NCBI GenBank assembly: GCA_043819555.1
Contig: JBDREQ010000025.1
Location: forward strand, 96,001-160,000
DNA: 64,000 nucleotides
Origin: Candidatus Zixiibacteriota bacterium
Lineage (GTDB): Bacteria; Zixibacteria; MSB-5A5; GN15; JAAZOE01
Direction of reading: 5' to 3'
Shown: positions 47,365-57,244 of the stretch, one piece after another
Layout: each line of letters opens with the position of its first letter
Numbering within the stretch: position 1 is the stretch's first letter
The notes under the pieces: model-generated
The model's database searches: none
What the model saw: the letters and a program-made list of their open reading frames with translations, nothing else
Told to the model about the DNA's origin: nothing
Program-made: the position numbers and the translations under genes

Positions 47365-48102
47365 ATGATTAAAGGTATATATAAGGCCGCATCCGGCATG
47401 GTACCGCGAATGAAAAAACAGGAGATAACCGCCAATAATATTGCCAATGCATCAACTCCCGGATTTAAGAAAGAATCGACTTTCATAAAAGAACTTGATT
47501 CTGCTACTAAATCGATATTACCGAAAAAATCAGACTGGCAAACGCCAATGATTGACCAAATATATACTGATTATTCTCAGGGGACTTTCAATAAAACAGG
47601 AAATCCGCTCGATGTCGCCATTGATGGTGAGGGATTCTTTGTTTTGGAAAACGTCGATGGGGACGATCGCCAGTATTCGCGCAACGGCAGCTTCTCTGTG
47701 GATCCTGAGGGTTTCTTAATCAGCAGCAGCGGTTATCGCGTGATGGGAGAAGGGGGGCCGATTGAAGCCGCCGGCGGCATGATTGAGATTAATGAGTCAG
47801 GTGAATTGATGATTGATGGAAATACCACCAATCGATTGCAGATTGTGAACTTTGAAGATAAAAACATATTGGGGAAAGTCGGCAGCTCCGGTTTTGTGGC
47901 GCAGGGAGATTCTGAGCCATTACCGGCAGTGGGATTCTCGGTCCGGCAGGGATATCTTGAAAATTCCAACATCAATGTTATCAAGGAAATGGTGGGGATG
48001 ATAATCACTCTTCGCAATTTTGAAACCGGTGCGAAGATGATTCAAACCCAGGATGAGAGTCTCAAGACGCTATTTACTCAAGTAGGCAAAACACAAATGT
48101 AA
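47365..48102 (+). CDS. flgF: Flagellar basal-body rod protein FlgF
   Basis: ANNIANASTPGFK, TGNPLDVAIDGEGFF, YSRNG, QGYLENSN; GGAGG RBS before ATG 47365; precedes flgG. Confidence 0.9.
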   Translation: MIKGIYKAASGMVPRMKKQEITANNIANASTPGFKKESTFIKELDSATKSILPKKSDWQTPMIDQIYTDYSQGTFNKTGNPLDVAIDGEGFFVLENVDGDDRQYSRNGSFSVDPEGFLISSSGYRVMGEGGPIEAAGGMIEINESGELMIDGNTTNRLQIVNFEDKNILGKVGSSGFVAQGDSEPLPAVGFSVRQGYLENSNINVIKEMVGMIITLRNFETGAKMIQTQDESLKTLFTQVGKTQM

Positions 48103-48120
48103 TAGATAAAGGAATTTATC

Positions 48121-48909
48121 ATGATTAAGGCCATGAACACGGCGGCGACGGGAATGGTCGCCCAGCAGACCAATATTGACAACATTGCCAACAACCTGGC
48201 AAACGTCAATACTACGGCATTCAAGAAATCGAGAATTGAATTTCAGGATATTTTATATCAAAATTTCCGCCGAGCCGGTTCGCCCTCGGCTGTCGGCGCG
48301 ATTATCCCCACCAATCTTGATGTTGGTTATGGATCCCGCGCTGTTGCGACTAATCGCGAGTTTAGTCCGGGTTCGGTGCAAATCACAAAGAGCGCGACCG
48401 ATCTGGCAATTGGGGGGAATGGCTTCTTTCAGATCGAAATGCCGGATGGCACGATCGGATATACTCGTGACGGATCGTTTAAGCTTAGCGCTGACGGTCA
48501 GTTTGTAACGTCCGACGGTTTTATTATGACGCCAAATATTACTGTGCCTGAGGATGCGACTGATTTATCGATCGGCATTGACGGCCAGGTATTTGCACTT
48601 ATTGTCGGGAATGACACTCCGCAGGAGGTAGGGCAGATTGAATTGGCGAAGTTTATCAATCCGGCCGGATTGTCGGCGGTAGGCCATAACATTTTTACCC
48701 AAACCCCGGCTTCGGGAACTCCGATTACCGGTTCGCCCGGTTCGGAAGGATTTGGTCCGGTTGAGCAGGGGCAACTGGAAACATCCAATGTTTCGGTCGT
48801 CGATGAAATGGTCAATATGATTATGGCGCAGCGAGCCTATGAGATAAACTCCAAAGTTATCCAGACATCTGATGACATGACACAAGTTGTGAACAGCCTG
48901 AAGAGGTAA
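48121..48909 (+). CDS. flgG: Flagellar distal rod protein FlgG
   Basis: ANNLANVNT, EFQDILYQ, YTRDGSF, FINPAGL, LETSNV..VDEMV.MI.AQRAYE. Confidence 0.97.
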   Translation: MIKAMNTAATGMVAQQTNIDNIANNLANVNTTAFKKSRIEFQDILYQNFRRAGSPSAVGAIIPTNLDVGYGSRAVATNREFSPGSVQITKSATDLAIGGNGFFQIEMPDGTIGYTRDGSFKLSADGQFVTSDGFIMTPNITVPEDATDLSIGIDGQVFALIVGNDTPQEVGQIELAKFINPAGLSAVGHNIFTQTPASGTPITGSPGSEGFGPVEQGQLETSNVSVVDEMVNMIMAQRAYEINSKVIQTSDDMTQVVNSLKR

Positions 48910-48911
48910 TT

Positions 48912-49616
48912 ATGCTAAGAACAGCTTTGATTGCGTTAGTCTGCCTGTTGATTATACCGGCCATATTAAAGGCTGAGAATAGCAGGGAAGATCTTGAATA
49001 TCTTGAATCCTTTCTCTCTGAAAAAATCATTTCTGATTATGGATTTAATTCGGATGAAGTCGAGATACAACTAATCAGATGCGGCGCCAGACTTGATAAT
49101 TTATCGACAAGCGAAATTCAGGCGTATCCATTGGCACAGTCCAATCCACGGGGCCGTTTTCCGATGCGAATCGAAATTTATCGAGATAATGCAATGACCG
49201 GAAAAGGGTCGGTTACAATTGATGTCCGTTTGTTTGCCGACCTGCCGGTTCCGGTTCGACGGATCAACCGCCACGCTATTCTGAATCCTCAAATGTTCAT
49301 TTTGAAGCGATTTGAGGTGACGTCAATCAGAGAGAAAATGCTCACTGATCTTGCTCAGCTGGATAATATACGGGCCAAACAAAATCTGGCCGAAGGACAG
49401 TATGTTTCACTGAATAAAATAGAGAAAATCCCTGATGTGGAAAATGGAATGTCGATCACGATTATTGCCTCAGCCGGTACGTTTGATATACGCGCCAAGG
49501 GAATGGCGCTTCAGAGAGGATATATCGGTGAATCGATCAAAGTCAAAAATGTTGATTCCAAAAAAATAATTATTGGGAAGATAACATCTCCCGGAGTCGT
49601 GGAAATAACGCTCTGA
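48912..49616 (+). CDS. flgA: P-ring formation chaperone FlgA
   Basis: Signal peptide, SAF-like region, GMALQRGYIGESIKVKN.DSKK. Confidence 0.88.
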   Translation: MLRTALIALVCLLIIPAILKAENSREDLEYLESFLSEKIISDYGFNSDEVEIQLIRCGARLDNLSTSEIQAYPLAQSNPRGRFPMRIEIYRDNAMTGKGSVTIDVRLFADLPVPVRRINRHAILNPQMFILKRFEVTSIREKMLTDLAQLDNIRAKQNLAEGQYVSLNKIEKIPDVENGMSITIIASAGTFDIRAKGMALQRGYIGESIKVKNVDSKKIIIGKITSPGVVEITL

Positions 49617-49631
49617 ACCATGGAGGGTCAG

Positions 49632-50219
49632 ATGAATATAAAACGAATTCTCATCATCACGGCGGTTATGCTGCTGCTGCCATTTACGCTTAAAATTTAT
49701 GGCGGCGATTTTGGGCAGGCCGCTTCACTGTTTTCGGATATCAAGGCAAATAAGGTTGGTGATATTCTTACAGTCAATGTCTATGAAAATACGCAGGCGA
49801 CCAATAAATCGGAAAGTAAAACCGAAAAAACCGGAACGTTCGAGACATCCGGGGGACCCGGTACGGGTATCCTTGATTTTATCCCGCTTTTTGGCGCCAA
49901 AGGTGAAAACAAGAATAGCTTTGACGGCAAAGGTGAAAATCTCCGGAATCGAAATTTAAGAGCTAAAATGTCAGTGACCGTAATGGCCGCCAAAGAAAAT
50001 GGCGATCTGGTCATCGAAGGCACGCGTACCATTGGAATTTCCAATGACCGAGAGACATTGACTCTCAGCGGCGTTGTACGCCAGCGCGATATAAACCCTG
50101 ATAACAGCATTGAATCGTATTTGATTGCCGATGCGCAAATAACGTATCGCGGTAAGGGGGCAATTACCGATGCCAGCCGCCCGGGACCGATCATGCGCTT
50201 TCTTAACTGGCTGTTTTAG
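49632..50219 (+). CDS. flgH: Flagellar L-ring protein FlgH
   Basis: LFSDIKA.KVGDILTV, NGDLVIEG, SGVVR..DI...NSI.S..IADA.I.Y.G; alternative start 49620. Confidence 0.93.
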   Translation: MNIKRILIITAVMLLLPFTLKIYGGDFGQAASLFSDIKANKVGDILTVNVYENTQATNKSESKTEKTGTFETSGGPGTGILDFIPLFGAKGENKNSFDGKGENLRNRNLRAKMSVTVMAAKENGDLVIEGTRTIGISNDRETLTLSGVVRQRDINPDNSIESYLIADAQITYRGKGAITDASRPGPIMRFLNWLF

Positions 50220-50227
50220 GAGGAATC

Positions 50228-51337
50228 ATGGAATTACTTAAAAAAATTCTTATGTTCATCATTCTCCTGAGCATGGTGGGCGTTTCGGTTATGGGTTCAT
50301 CGGTGCGAATCAAAGATATTTCCCGCTTCCAGAGCGACGCTGAAATGGACCTTATTGGATACGGTCTTATTATCGGTCTTGACGGCAGCGGTGATGGCAA
50401 AGGCACTCAATTTACTATTCAGGCCCTGGTCAATATGATGGAGAGAATGGGATTGACTGTTGATGCCAATCAAGTAAAAGTCAAAAATGTTGCAGCCGTC
50501 ATGGTAACAGCCAAAATCACTTCGGCCTCCAAGCCGGGTTCGCGCATAGATGTCACCGTATCTTCGGTTGGTGACGCTACATCATTACAGGGCGGAACTC
50601 TCCTGATGACGCCGCTTTCGTCATTGGATGGAACCGTCTATGCGGTGGCTCAGGGCGCTGTGTCAATTGGCGGGTTTAATGTTCAACTGGAAGATGGTAA
50701 CAAAATTGTCAATAATTATACTCTGGTCGGACGGGTTCCCAATGGAGCTTTAGTCGATCGCCAGCCGCCTGAAACCGGGAATAATAAAGATCTGTTTCTG
50801 TCGCTGATCAATCCCGATTACACAACGTCTTCGCGGATAGTCGATGAGATAAATAAAGAATATGGCCTTTGCGCCTATGCCGTCGATGAAGGAAGCGTAA
50901 GAGTACGCGTCCCCGATTCGCTGGCGCATCCCAATGATAAAATTGATTTTATTTCTCGCATTGGCCGTTTGCGGGTTTCTCCCGATGTGGTTGCCAAAAT
51001 TGTCATAAATGAAAAAACTGGCACGATTGTGGCAGGACAAAACGTGTCAATAGCTCCTGTGGCGATGGCTCACGGAAACATAACGATTAACATTCGGACA
51101 ATGCCGGTCATATCCCAACCGGAGCCTTTTTCGGAAGGTGAGACGGTGGTTACATCTGAATCGCGTTTGTCGGTCGAAGAAGAATTGGCGCGCGTCATTC
51201 AGCTTCCTGAGATTGTCACAATTTCACAGGTTGCCAGCGCTCTCAATAGTATTGGAGCGACGCCCAGGGATATAATTGCCATCTTTCAGGCTTTGAAGGA
51301 AACCGGAGCTTTAAGAGCCGAGCTGGTATTGATGTAA
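50228..51337 (+). CDS. flgI: Flagellar P-ring protein FlgI
   Basis: RIKDI, LIGYGLIIGLDGSGD, NVAAVMVTA, SLQGGTLL, INEKTGTIV. Confidence 0.97.
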   Translation: MELLKKILMFIILLSMVGVSVMGSSVRIKDISRFQSDAEMDLIGYGLIIGLDGSGDGKGTQFTIQALVNMMERMGLTVDANQVKVKNVAAVMVTAKITSASKPGSRIDVTVSSVGDATSLQGGTLLMTPLSSLDGTVYAVAQGAVSIGGFNVQLEDGNKIVNNYTLVGRVPNGALVDRQPPETGNNKDLFLSLINPDYTTSSRIVDEINKEYGLCAYAVDEGSVRVRVPDSLAHPNDKIDFISRIGRLRVSPDVVAKIVINEKTGTIVAGQNVSIAPVAMAHGNITINIRTMPVISQPEPFSEGETVVTSESRLSVEEELARVIQLPEIVTISQVASALNSIGATPRDIIAIFQALKETGALRAELVLM

Positions 51338-52231
51338 ATGAAAATTAATCCTTCACAGGCCGAGTTTGGAACGATTATAAAGCAATCGTTTGGCAAAATC
51401 TCTGGTGATGAATCCCTGGAGATGAAAAAGCATCGACTCCGCAAGGCGACCAAAGAATTTGAGTCGTATTTTGTTTTACATATGCTCAAGGCAATGCGTA
51501 AGACGATTCCTGAATCGGAATTGACGTCGGGCGGGCTCGGCCAGGGTATTTACACGGAAATGTTTGATGAACAGTTGGCCCGGAAGGTTTCGGGAACTTC
51601 GGCTAATAGTCTGGCCGATATGCTTTATAAATCGCTGGTGACCCAGCTTGAAGCGGGCGAAAATTCTGATAATGCCATAGATGATAAAATCAATACAGGA
51701 ATTTCAGATTTGCCTCGCAACGTGAATACTTCAGAAAAAAACGCAAATTCACTAAAGGCAGGGGAGAGTCAGATTGAAAAGAGCGAACACTCAATATCTC
51801 CACCTATTGTACTCAAACCGCAAATATCAAATGATCCCAGACTCTCCAAATTCGGACAGAGCATCAAGGCCGCCTCTCAAAAATACGCTTTAAGTCCTCA
51901 ACTGATTTATTCTGTGATACTGGCGGAATCGGGAGGTCAAGCGGATGCGGTTTCACACAAAGGAGCCAAAGGCCTTATGCAATTGACCGATACGACCGCA
52001 GTTGAAATGGGTGTGAGCGATAGCCTTGATCCGGCTCAGAATATCATGGGCGGAGCCAAATATCTGAGGATAATGCTCGATAATTTTGAAGGAAACCTAA
52101 AGCTGGCATTGGCCGCGTATAACGCTGGCCCCGGGATTGTTTCAAAATACAACGGTGTTCCACCATATCCTGAAACCGAAAAATATATTGAAAAAGTATT
52201 GGATATACTCCAGTCAAATAAAAGAGGATAA
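51338..52231 (+). CDS. flgJ: FlgJ-like protein: rod-binding domain fused to an SLT lytic transglycosylase
   Basis: FESYFV..MLKAMRKT...MFDEQLA; AESGG, AVSHKGAKGLMQL, LAAYNAGPG, ETEKY. Confidence 0.85.
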   Translation: MKINPSQAEFGTIIKQSFGKISGDESLEMKKHRLRKATKEFESYFVLHMLKAMRKTIPESELTSGGLGQGIYTEMFDEQLARKVSGTSANSLADMLYKSLVTQLEAGENSDNAIDDKINTGISDLPRNVNTSEKNANSLKAGESQIEKSEHSISPPIVLKPQISNDPRLSKFGQSIKAASQKYALSPQLIYSVILAESGGQADAVSHKGAKGLMQLTDTTAVEMGVSDSLDPAQNIMGGAKYLRIMLDNFEGNLKLALAAYNAGPGIVSKYNGVPPYPETEKYIEKVLDILQSNKRG

Positions 52232-52260
52232 TTGATTAAGACTTTGAGCTAAAGAGAATT

Positions 52261-52791
52261 ATGCAAAATACCGAAAATAGATATGTGGATGGAACCATGG
52301 AAAAACTATTGGATAGACTCATCAGTGTCATCGGCAGCGAAGCGACATTGTTCGAGAAATTTCTTGAATTGCTGGAAGTGCAACAAATGATGCTGGTTGA
52401 AAATAACACCGAAGAATTGCAATCGGTAACATCCCAATTACAAAGAATCGCGCTGGAATCCAGGAAGCTGGAAGATGAACGCGCCGAGATTGTCGAATCG
52501 ATTCGGATGCAGGGGGGCGAGAAAACGAATTTAAATGTTTCCCGAATTTGTGAAATGGCTGACCGATCCCGCTCGACACAATTGAAAACACTTCGGGAAA
52601 CGGTACTGGGTTTATATTCGCAAATCGAGGAAACCCGAATGCGCAATGGCCTTCTGATAAAGCAGTCGATGGATCAAATTAGAAATACAATGGAATCAAT
52701 CGGGCGAATTCCGGCCCAAAAGGACATCTATCAGGGAAAAGGAAACATCTTAAAAGAATATGCACCGATCGGTGTGGATAGGAGAATTTAG
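52261..52791 (+). CDS. flgN: Flagellar chaperone FlgN
   Basis: Helical protein, N..LI motif, directly upstream of flgK; start may be ATG 52297. Confidence 0.8.
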   Translation: MQNTENRYVDGTMEKLLDRLISVIGSEATLFEKFLELLEVQQMMLVENNTEELQSVTSQLQRIALESRKLEDERAEIVESIRMQGGEKTNLNVSRICEMADRSRSTQLKTLRETVLGLYSQIEETRMRNGLLIKQSMDQIRNTMESIGRIPAQKDIYQGKGNILKEYAPIGVDRRI

Positions 52792-52793
52792 AG

Positions 52794-54191
52794 ATGTCTG
52801 GCTTATTTCATGGATTGGAAATTGGCAAACGGGCATTACTCACGCATCAATTGTCAATGACGACGATTGGACATAACCTCGCCAATGTCAATACTCCCGG
52901 GTACTCCCGCCAGAGGGTCTCCATTACCTCGGCGATGCCGCTGGATATGGGCAAATTTAATATTGGTTCAGGCGTCACGGTCACGACAATCAACCATGTT
53001 CGTGATTTATTCCTGACTGATCAGTACCGGCGGGAAAGCAGGTCCCTCGGCGAATGGACTTATAAAGAAAAATCATTATCACAAATAGAATCGTTTTTCG
53101 CCGAACCCGGCGATGATAGTCTGGGAAGCGCCCTTAATAATTTCTGGGATAGCTGGTCCTCTCTTGCGGCCGGTGACGCCGATTCCTCGACTCCGCGGAA
53201 TCAGATTGTTGCCAGCGCAAGGACGCTTATCAATCACTTTCATGCAATGAACAGACAGGTAACTGAACTTATTTCGTCAACTGATAATGATATAGTAGAC
53301 CGGGTAGGACAACTTAATCAATATGGAAAGCAAATCGCCACTCTGAACAGATTGGTATCCAGTGAAGAACTGGGAGGACAAAACGCAAATGATTTGCGCG
53401 ACCAGCGGGATTATTTAGTTGATGAGCTTTCGAAACTGGTCGATGTGACAACTCGCGAAGAGAAAAATGGGAGTTTAAATGTTTTTGTCAATGGCCTTGC
53501 ATTAGTTGAAGATGCGGATATGCACGAGCTGATGACCAGAAAAATTAGTAAAGACAATATGGCGATAAATGAAATAATCTGGAAAGATACTTCAACCGCG
53601 GCCAAGCTAAAGGGCGGAGAATTGAAAGGCCTACTTGACGTGAGAGATACGATCGCTCCCCGCTTTCGCAGTCGTCTTGATGATATGGCCCAGACCCTGG
53701 TGACAGAACTGAATACTCTGCATCGGGCCGGAACCGATGTACACGGCGACACAGGATATAATTTCTTTAATCCGGTGTTCACGACCGCCGGGACAATCCA
53801 GCTTGATAATAACATTGCGCTTGATTCCGGACGCATTGCCGCGTCTTTAAGCGGCGAAATTGGGGATAATTCTAACGCCTTGGCCATCTACGATATCAGG
53901 AATAATCTGGTCGGAACGTTAGGGGAAACTTCTATTACGGAATACTATAATTCTACCGTGGGAATGATTGGGATAGAGACGCGTGAGGCGAAGACCTTCA
54001 AGGGCAATTTTGAGATACTGATACAGCAGATATCCAATTCGCGGGAATCTGTTCAGGGCGTTTCGCTTGATGAAGAAATGGCGAATCTTGTGAAAATGCA
54101 GCATTCATATAATGCGGCCGCCAGAGTTATAACGACAATGAATGATGCGCTCGGCACAGTCATTCAAGGAATGGGCGTAGTCGGGCGTTAA
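52794..54191 (+). CDS. flgK: Hook-associated protein FlgK
   Basis: GHNLANVNTPGYSRQ, ANDLRDQRD, GGELKGL, GVSLDEEMANL. Confidence 0.96.
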   Translation: MSGLFHGLEIGKRALLTHQLSMTTIGHNLANVNTPGYSRQRVSITSAMPLDMGKFNIGSGVTVTTINHVRDLFLTDQYRRESRSLGEWTYKEKSLSQIESFFAEPGDDSLGSALNNFWDSWSSLAAGDADSSTPRNQIVASARTLINHFHAMNRQVTELISSTDNDIVDRVGQLNQYGKQIATLNRLVSSEELGGQNANDLRDQRDYLVDELSKLVDVTTREEKNGSLNVFVNGLALVEDADMHELMTRKISKDNMAINEIIWKDTSTAAKLKGGELKGLLDVRDTIAPRFRSRLDDMAQTLVTELNTLHRAGTDVHGDTGYNFFNPVFTTAGTIQLDNNIALDSGRIAASLSGEIGDNSNALAIYDIRNNLVGTLGETSITEYYNSTVGMIGIETREAKTFKGNFEILIQQISNSRESVQGVSLDEEMANLVKMQHSYNAAARVITTMNDALGTVIQGMGVVGR

Positions 54192-54225
54192 TTAAATTTA
54201 GGCAAGTTTCACCAAGGAGGGTGAC

Positions 54226-54540
54226 GTGCTGATATTGACAAGGAAGTTGGGGGAGTCTATCACCATTGGCGATGATATCAAGGTGACGGTTCTTGGTATC
54301 TATGGACGCCAGGTTAGATTAGGCATAGAAGCCCCTTTACGAGTGGTGGTGCATCGCGAGGAGATTTACGTAAAAATACAGAACGAAAATCATAAAGCGG
54401 CCAAAACCATTAAGGAGGACCTGACCAATGTGATGCGGGTTCTTAAGCATAAGTTGAAAAAAGGAGATGGCAGGCCCAAAAAGCCGCCTCAAATAAAACT
54501 TAAGCGCGACAATGATCATGGTTCAAGACCAAATGATTAA
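54226..54540 (+). CDS. csrA: Carbon storage regulator CsrA with C-terminal extension
   Basis: [17 protein letters not shown]...VRLGIEAP...VHREEIY; AAGGAGG RBS. Confidence 0.96.
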   Translation: MLILTRKLGESITIGDDIKVTVLGIYGRQVRLGIEAPLRVVVHREEIYVKIQNENHKAAKTIKEDLTNVMRVLKHKLKKGDGRPKKPPQIKLKRDNDHGSRPND

Positions 54541-54555
54541 TCTGGAGATGATGAA

Positions 54556-54726
54556 ATGTTTGGAAGTAAAAAAAAACCAAAAGAAGACTATGAAGACCCG
54601 GCCACTAAATACGGTCGGATGGTAAGGGACAAAAAAGGTCGGAAGTGCTATGAAAAAAAACCCTCGTTATTATCCCGAATATTCAGTATCGGGCATGATA
54701 GCGATTTTGTTTATCACGAAGACTAA
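54556..54726 (+). CDS. Small basic hypothetical protein (56 aa), not in the ORF track
   Basis: GGAG RBS 8 nt upstream; MFGSKKKPKEDYEDPATKYGRMVRDKKGRKCYEKKPSLLSRIFSIGHDSDFVYHED fills the csrA-flgL gap. Confidence 0.6.
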   Translation: MFGSKKKPKEDYEDPATKYGRMVRDKKGRKCYEKKPSLLSRIFSIGHDSDFVYHED

Positions 54727-54741
54727 ACCGATAGGTGAGCT

Positions 54742-56670
54742 ATGCGTGTAACTAACCAGATGATGATCAACCGGACGATTTTTAATTTATCCCGGAACGC
54801 GTCAAGATTTATGGATCTGCAAAGCATGCTATCCACCGGAAGACGAATAAATATCCCGTCCGATGATCCCATCGGAACGCAGAAAGATTTAAACTATCGA
54901 TCAAGACTGGCAGAAATAACTCAATTCAAATCCAATGTCAGCCAGGCGTCCGGCAGACTGTCATTCTATGAAGACACGCTGAGCGATTTAAAAAGCTTAT
55001 ACGAATCAGCGACACTGACCGCTACGGCTATGTCAAATGATACCTACACCGAAGTCGAACGTGAGGCGGCCGCCAATGAAGTGGATTCCATCTATCAACA
55101 GATACTTCAGCTGGCCAATAAACAAATTGACGGGCGCTATATTTATTCCGGGCATCGCATTCGAACGGCCCCGCTGGAAGCCAGTACGAATGGGGTTATT
55201 TATAACGGCGATACCGGGATTTTGGAAAGCGGAATAGAGGGCTCGGAGCGGTTTATCACTAACCTAAACGGACGGGAAACATTTTTTTCACCGCTTATGA
55301 CTCTCGGTGAAAACGGAAATCTCAGCGTTGGTATTACTGATATCACAAATCTTGCGGATTTAAATACCGGCGCCGGAATTGATCAAATACCGGGCACTTT
55401 TGAGATTCACGATGCTAATCGCGACCTTACTTATGTTATAGATATCTCCGGTGATACCACTATTGGCGATGTAATTTCAAACATAAATACAAATATAGGA
55501 GTCGGTGGAAATCTGACACTTGATATTTCCGGTTCAGGTAATTCCCTGGTTTGGCAGCCCGAAATAGGAACAATTAATACCGTAACCGATCTGACCCCGC
55601 TTGCCAATCTTCGCGAAGGAAGCGGAATATCCAAAGCCCCGGGACTTTTTAGAATCCGAAACTCTTCTTCCACTATAGATTTTACTGTAGATGTTTCAGG
55701 CGCGACAAATCTTGGCGAAGTCCGAAATGCAATAACCTCAGCCCTTACCGATGCGGGGATTTCAAATGTGTCGGTAGGTTTTAATGCCAATGGAACCGGA
55801 CTAGCCATTACCGATTCCAATGCCGTTCCTCTTGATTTGATTATTGAGGATATGGACGCGGAACAATCGACGGCTTCCGAACTTGGTATAGCTGGCAATG
55901 TTGGGGCCGGTCTCGAGGGCGCTGATTTGCGTCCCAAACCTGTATTTACAATACGAGACATCGGCAGTCAGACGACTGCGGCAAACTTGGGATTATTGGG
56001 AAGTATCCGCCAAAACACTGTCGGTCAGGAAATTCGCCCCCGATTGACAGGTGATTCGACTCTTTCTTCATTAAATAATAATAATGGCTTTGGATTGGGA
56101 GAAATCCAGATTTCTCAGGGTATTAGGACGGTAGTTATCAATCTGGGTAATTCATCTTTGACCACAATCGATGACGCGATCAATGCCCTAAACTCATCCG
56201 GTCTCGATATACAGGCGTCAATTAATGATTCCGAATCCGGCATTCAAATAGTCTCAACAATTCCTGATGAAACCTTGATTATCAAAAGTGCCGATTCATC
56301 AAGAACAGCCGAAGCGCTTGGTATCGCGGGCTCTCCTGATATGCTGGGTTCTATGATTTTGCTTTCCGATGCGCTGCACAATAATAATAGAGAATTAGCG
56401 GCGTCGTTAATGGAAAACCTTGATTTGGCCATGCAGAAATTATTGAAATCCCGCGCCGATGTAGGGTCGCGCATGATGAGACTGGATGCGACCCGGAATA
56501 GACTTGAATCATCCGAGACAACGATAACCAAAATGCTATCAGAGGTTGAGGACGCAGATATTATCAGCCTCATCAGTGATGTCGCGCGCGAAGAAAACCT
56601 GTATCAGGCGGCATTGGTGGCCAGCTCCAAGATAATTCAGCCATCTTTGATGGATTTTTTACAATATTAG
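54742..56670 (+). CDS. flgL: Hook-associated protein FlgL, extended (642 aa)
   Basis: MRVT, STGRRI..PSDDP, LAN...GRYIYSG, SEVEDAD...YQAAL..SKIIQPSLMDFL. Confidence 0.93.
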   Translation: MRVTNQMMINRTIFNLSRNASRFMDLQSMLSTGRRINIPSDDPIGTQKDLNYRSRLAEITQFKSNVSQASGRLSFYEDTLSDLKSLYESATLTATAMSNDTYTEVEREAAANEVDSIYQQILQLANKQIDGRYIYSGHRIRTAPLEASTNGVIYNGDTGILESGIEGSERFITNLNGRETFFSPLMTLGENGNLSVGITDITNLADLNTGAGIDQIPGTFEIHDANRDLTYVIDISGDTTIGDVISNINTNIGVGGNLTLDISGSGNSLVWQPEIGTINTVTDLTPLANLREGSGISKAPGLFRIRNSSSTIDFTVDVSGATNLGEVRNAITSALTDAGISNVSVGFNANGTGLAITDSNAVPLDLIIEDMDAEQSTASELGIAGNVGAGLEGADLRPKPVFTIRDIGSQTTAANLGLLGSIRQNTVGQEIRPRLTGDSTLSSLNNNNGFGLGEIQISQGIRTVVINLGNSSLTTIDDAINALNSSGLDIQASINDSESGIQIVSTIPDETLIIKSADSSRTAEALGIAGSPDMLGSMILLSDALHNNNRELAASLMENLDLAMQKLLKSRADVGSRMMRLDATRNRLESSETTITKMLSEVEDADIISLISDVAREENLYQAALVASSKIIQPSLMDFLQY

Positions 56671-56687
56671 GAAAATAAGGATTAGAC

Positions 56688-57164
56688 ATGAAAGTCATAA
56701 CTGAAAGATTTGGCGAGCTTGAAATAAGCGAAGATTTGATTATAACCATGACAAAACCGCTCCTGGGTTTTGAGCATTTGCGGGAATATGTCATTGTTGA
56801 AACCGATGATTTCGAGCCATTTAAGTGGTTCCAGTCTATCGAGGATCCCGGCGCGGCTTTTGTTATAATAAATCCTCTTAATTTTTTCAAAGAATATACT
56901 GTCGAAGTCAATCCCAAAGAGGTTGAAGAGTTAAATGTTGACCGGGTTGAGGATGTTCTGACTTACACGATTGTAACCATACCCCAGGATTATACAAAAA
57001 TGACCGCGAACCTGCAGGGTCCGATTTTGATAAATTCCGTAACACGGCTGGCAAAACAATTAGTCATGGTGAATTCTCATTACAATATAAAACACCGCAT
57101 GTTTGAGGATTTAAGGAAAGACTATGAACCGGCAGTAGAGCAAAGGGAATTGGCGGAAGTGTAG
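56688..57164 (+). CDS. fliW: Flagellar assembly factor FliW (CsrA antagonist)
   Basis: TERFGE, LLGFE, WFQS.EDP..AF.IINP, TANLQGPILIN. Confidence 0.95.
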   Translation: MKVITERFGELEISEDLIITMTKPLLGFEHLREYVIVETDDFEPFKWFQSIEDPGAAFVIINPLNFFKEYTVEVNPKEVEELNVDRVEDVLTYTIVTIPQDYTKMTANLQGPILINSVTRLAKQLVMVNSHYNIKHRMFEDLRKDYEPAVEQRELAEV

Positions 57165-57244
57165 ACAAATATCAAAACCCCGAACAATTCATACTTGCCG
57201 CCATGCGTCCATTCGAGTGAAACTTCTTTTCTTGGCAAATAAAC

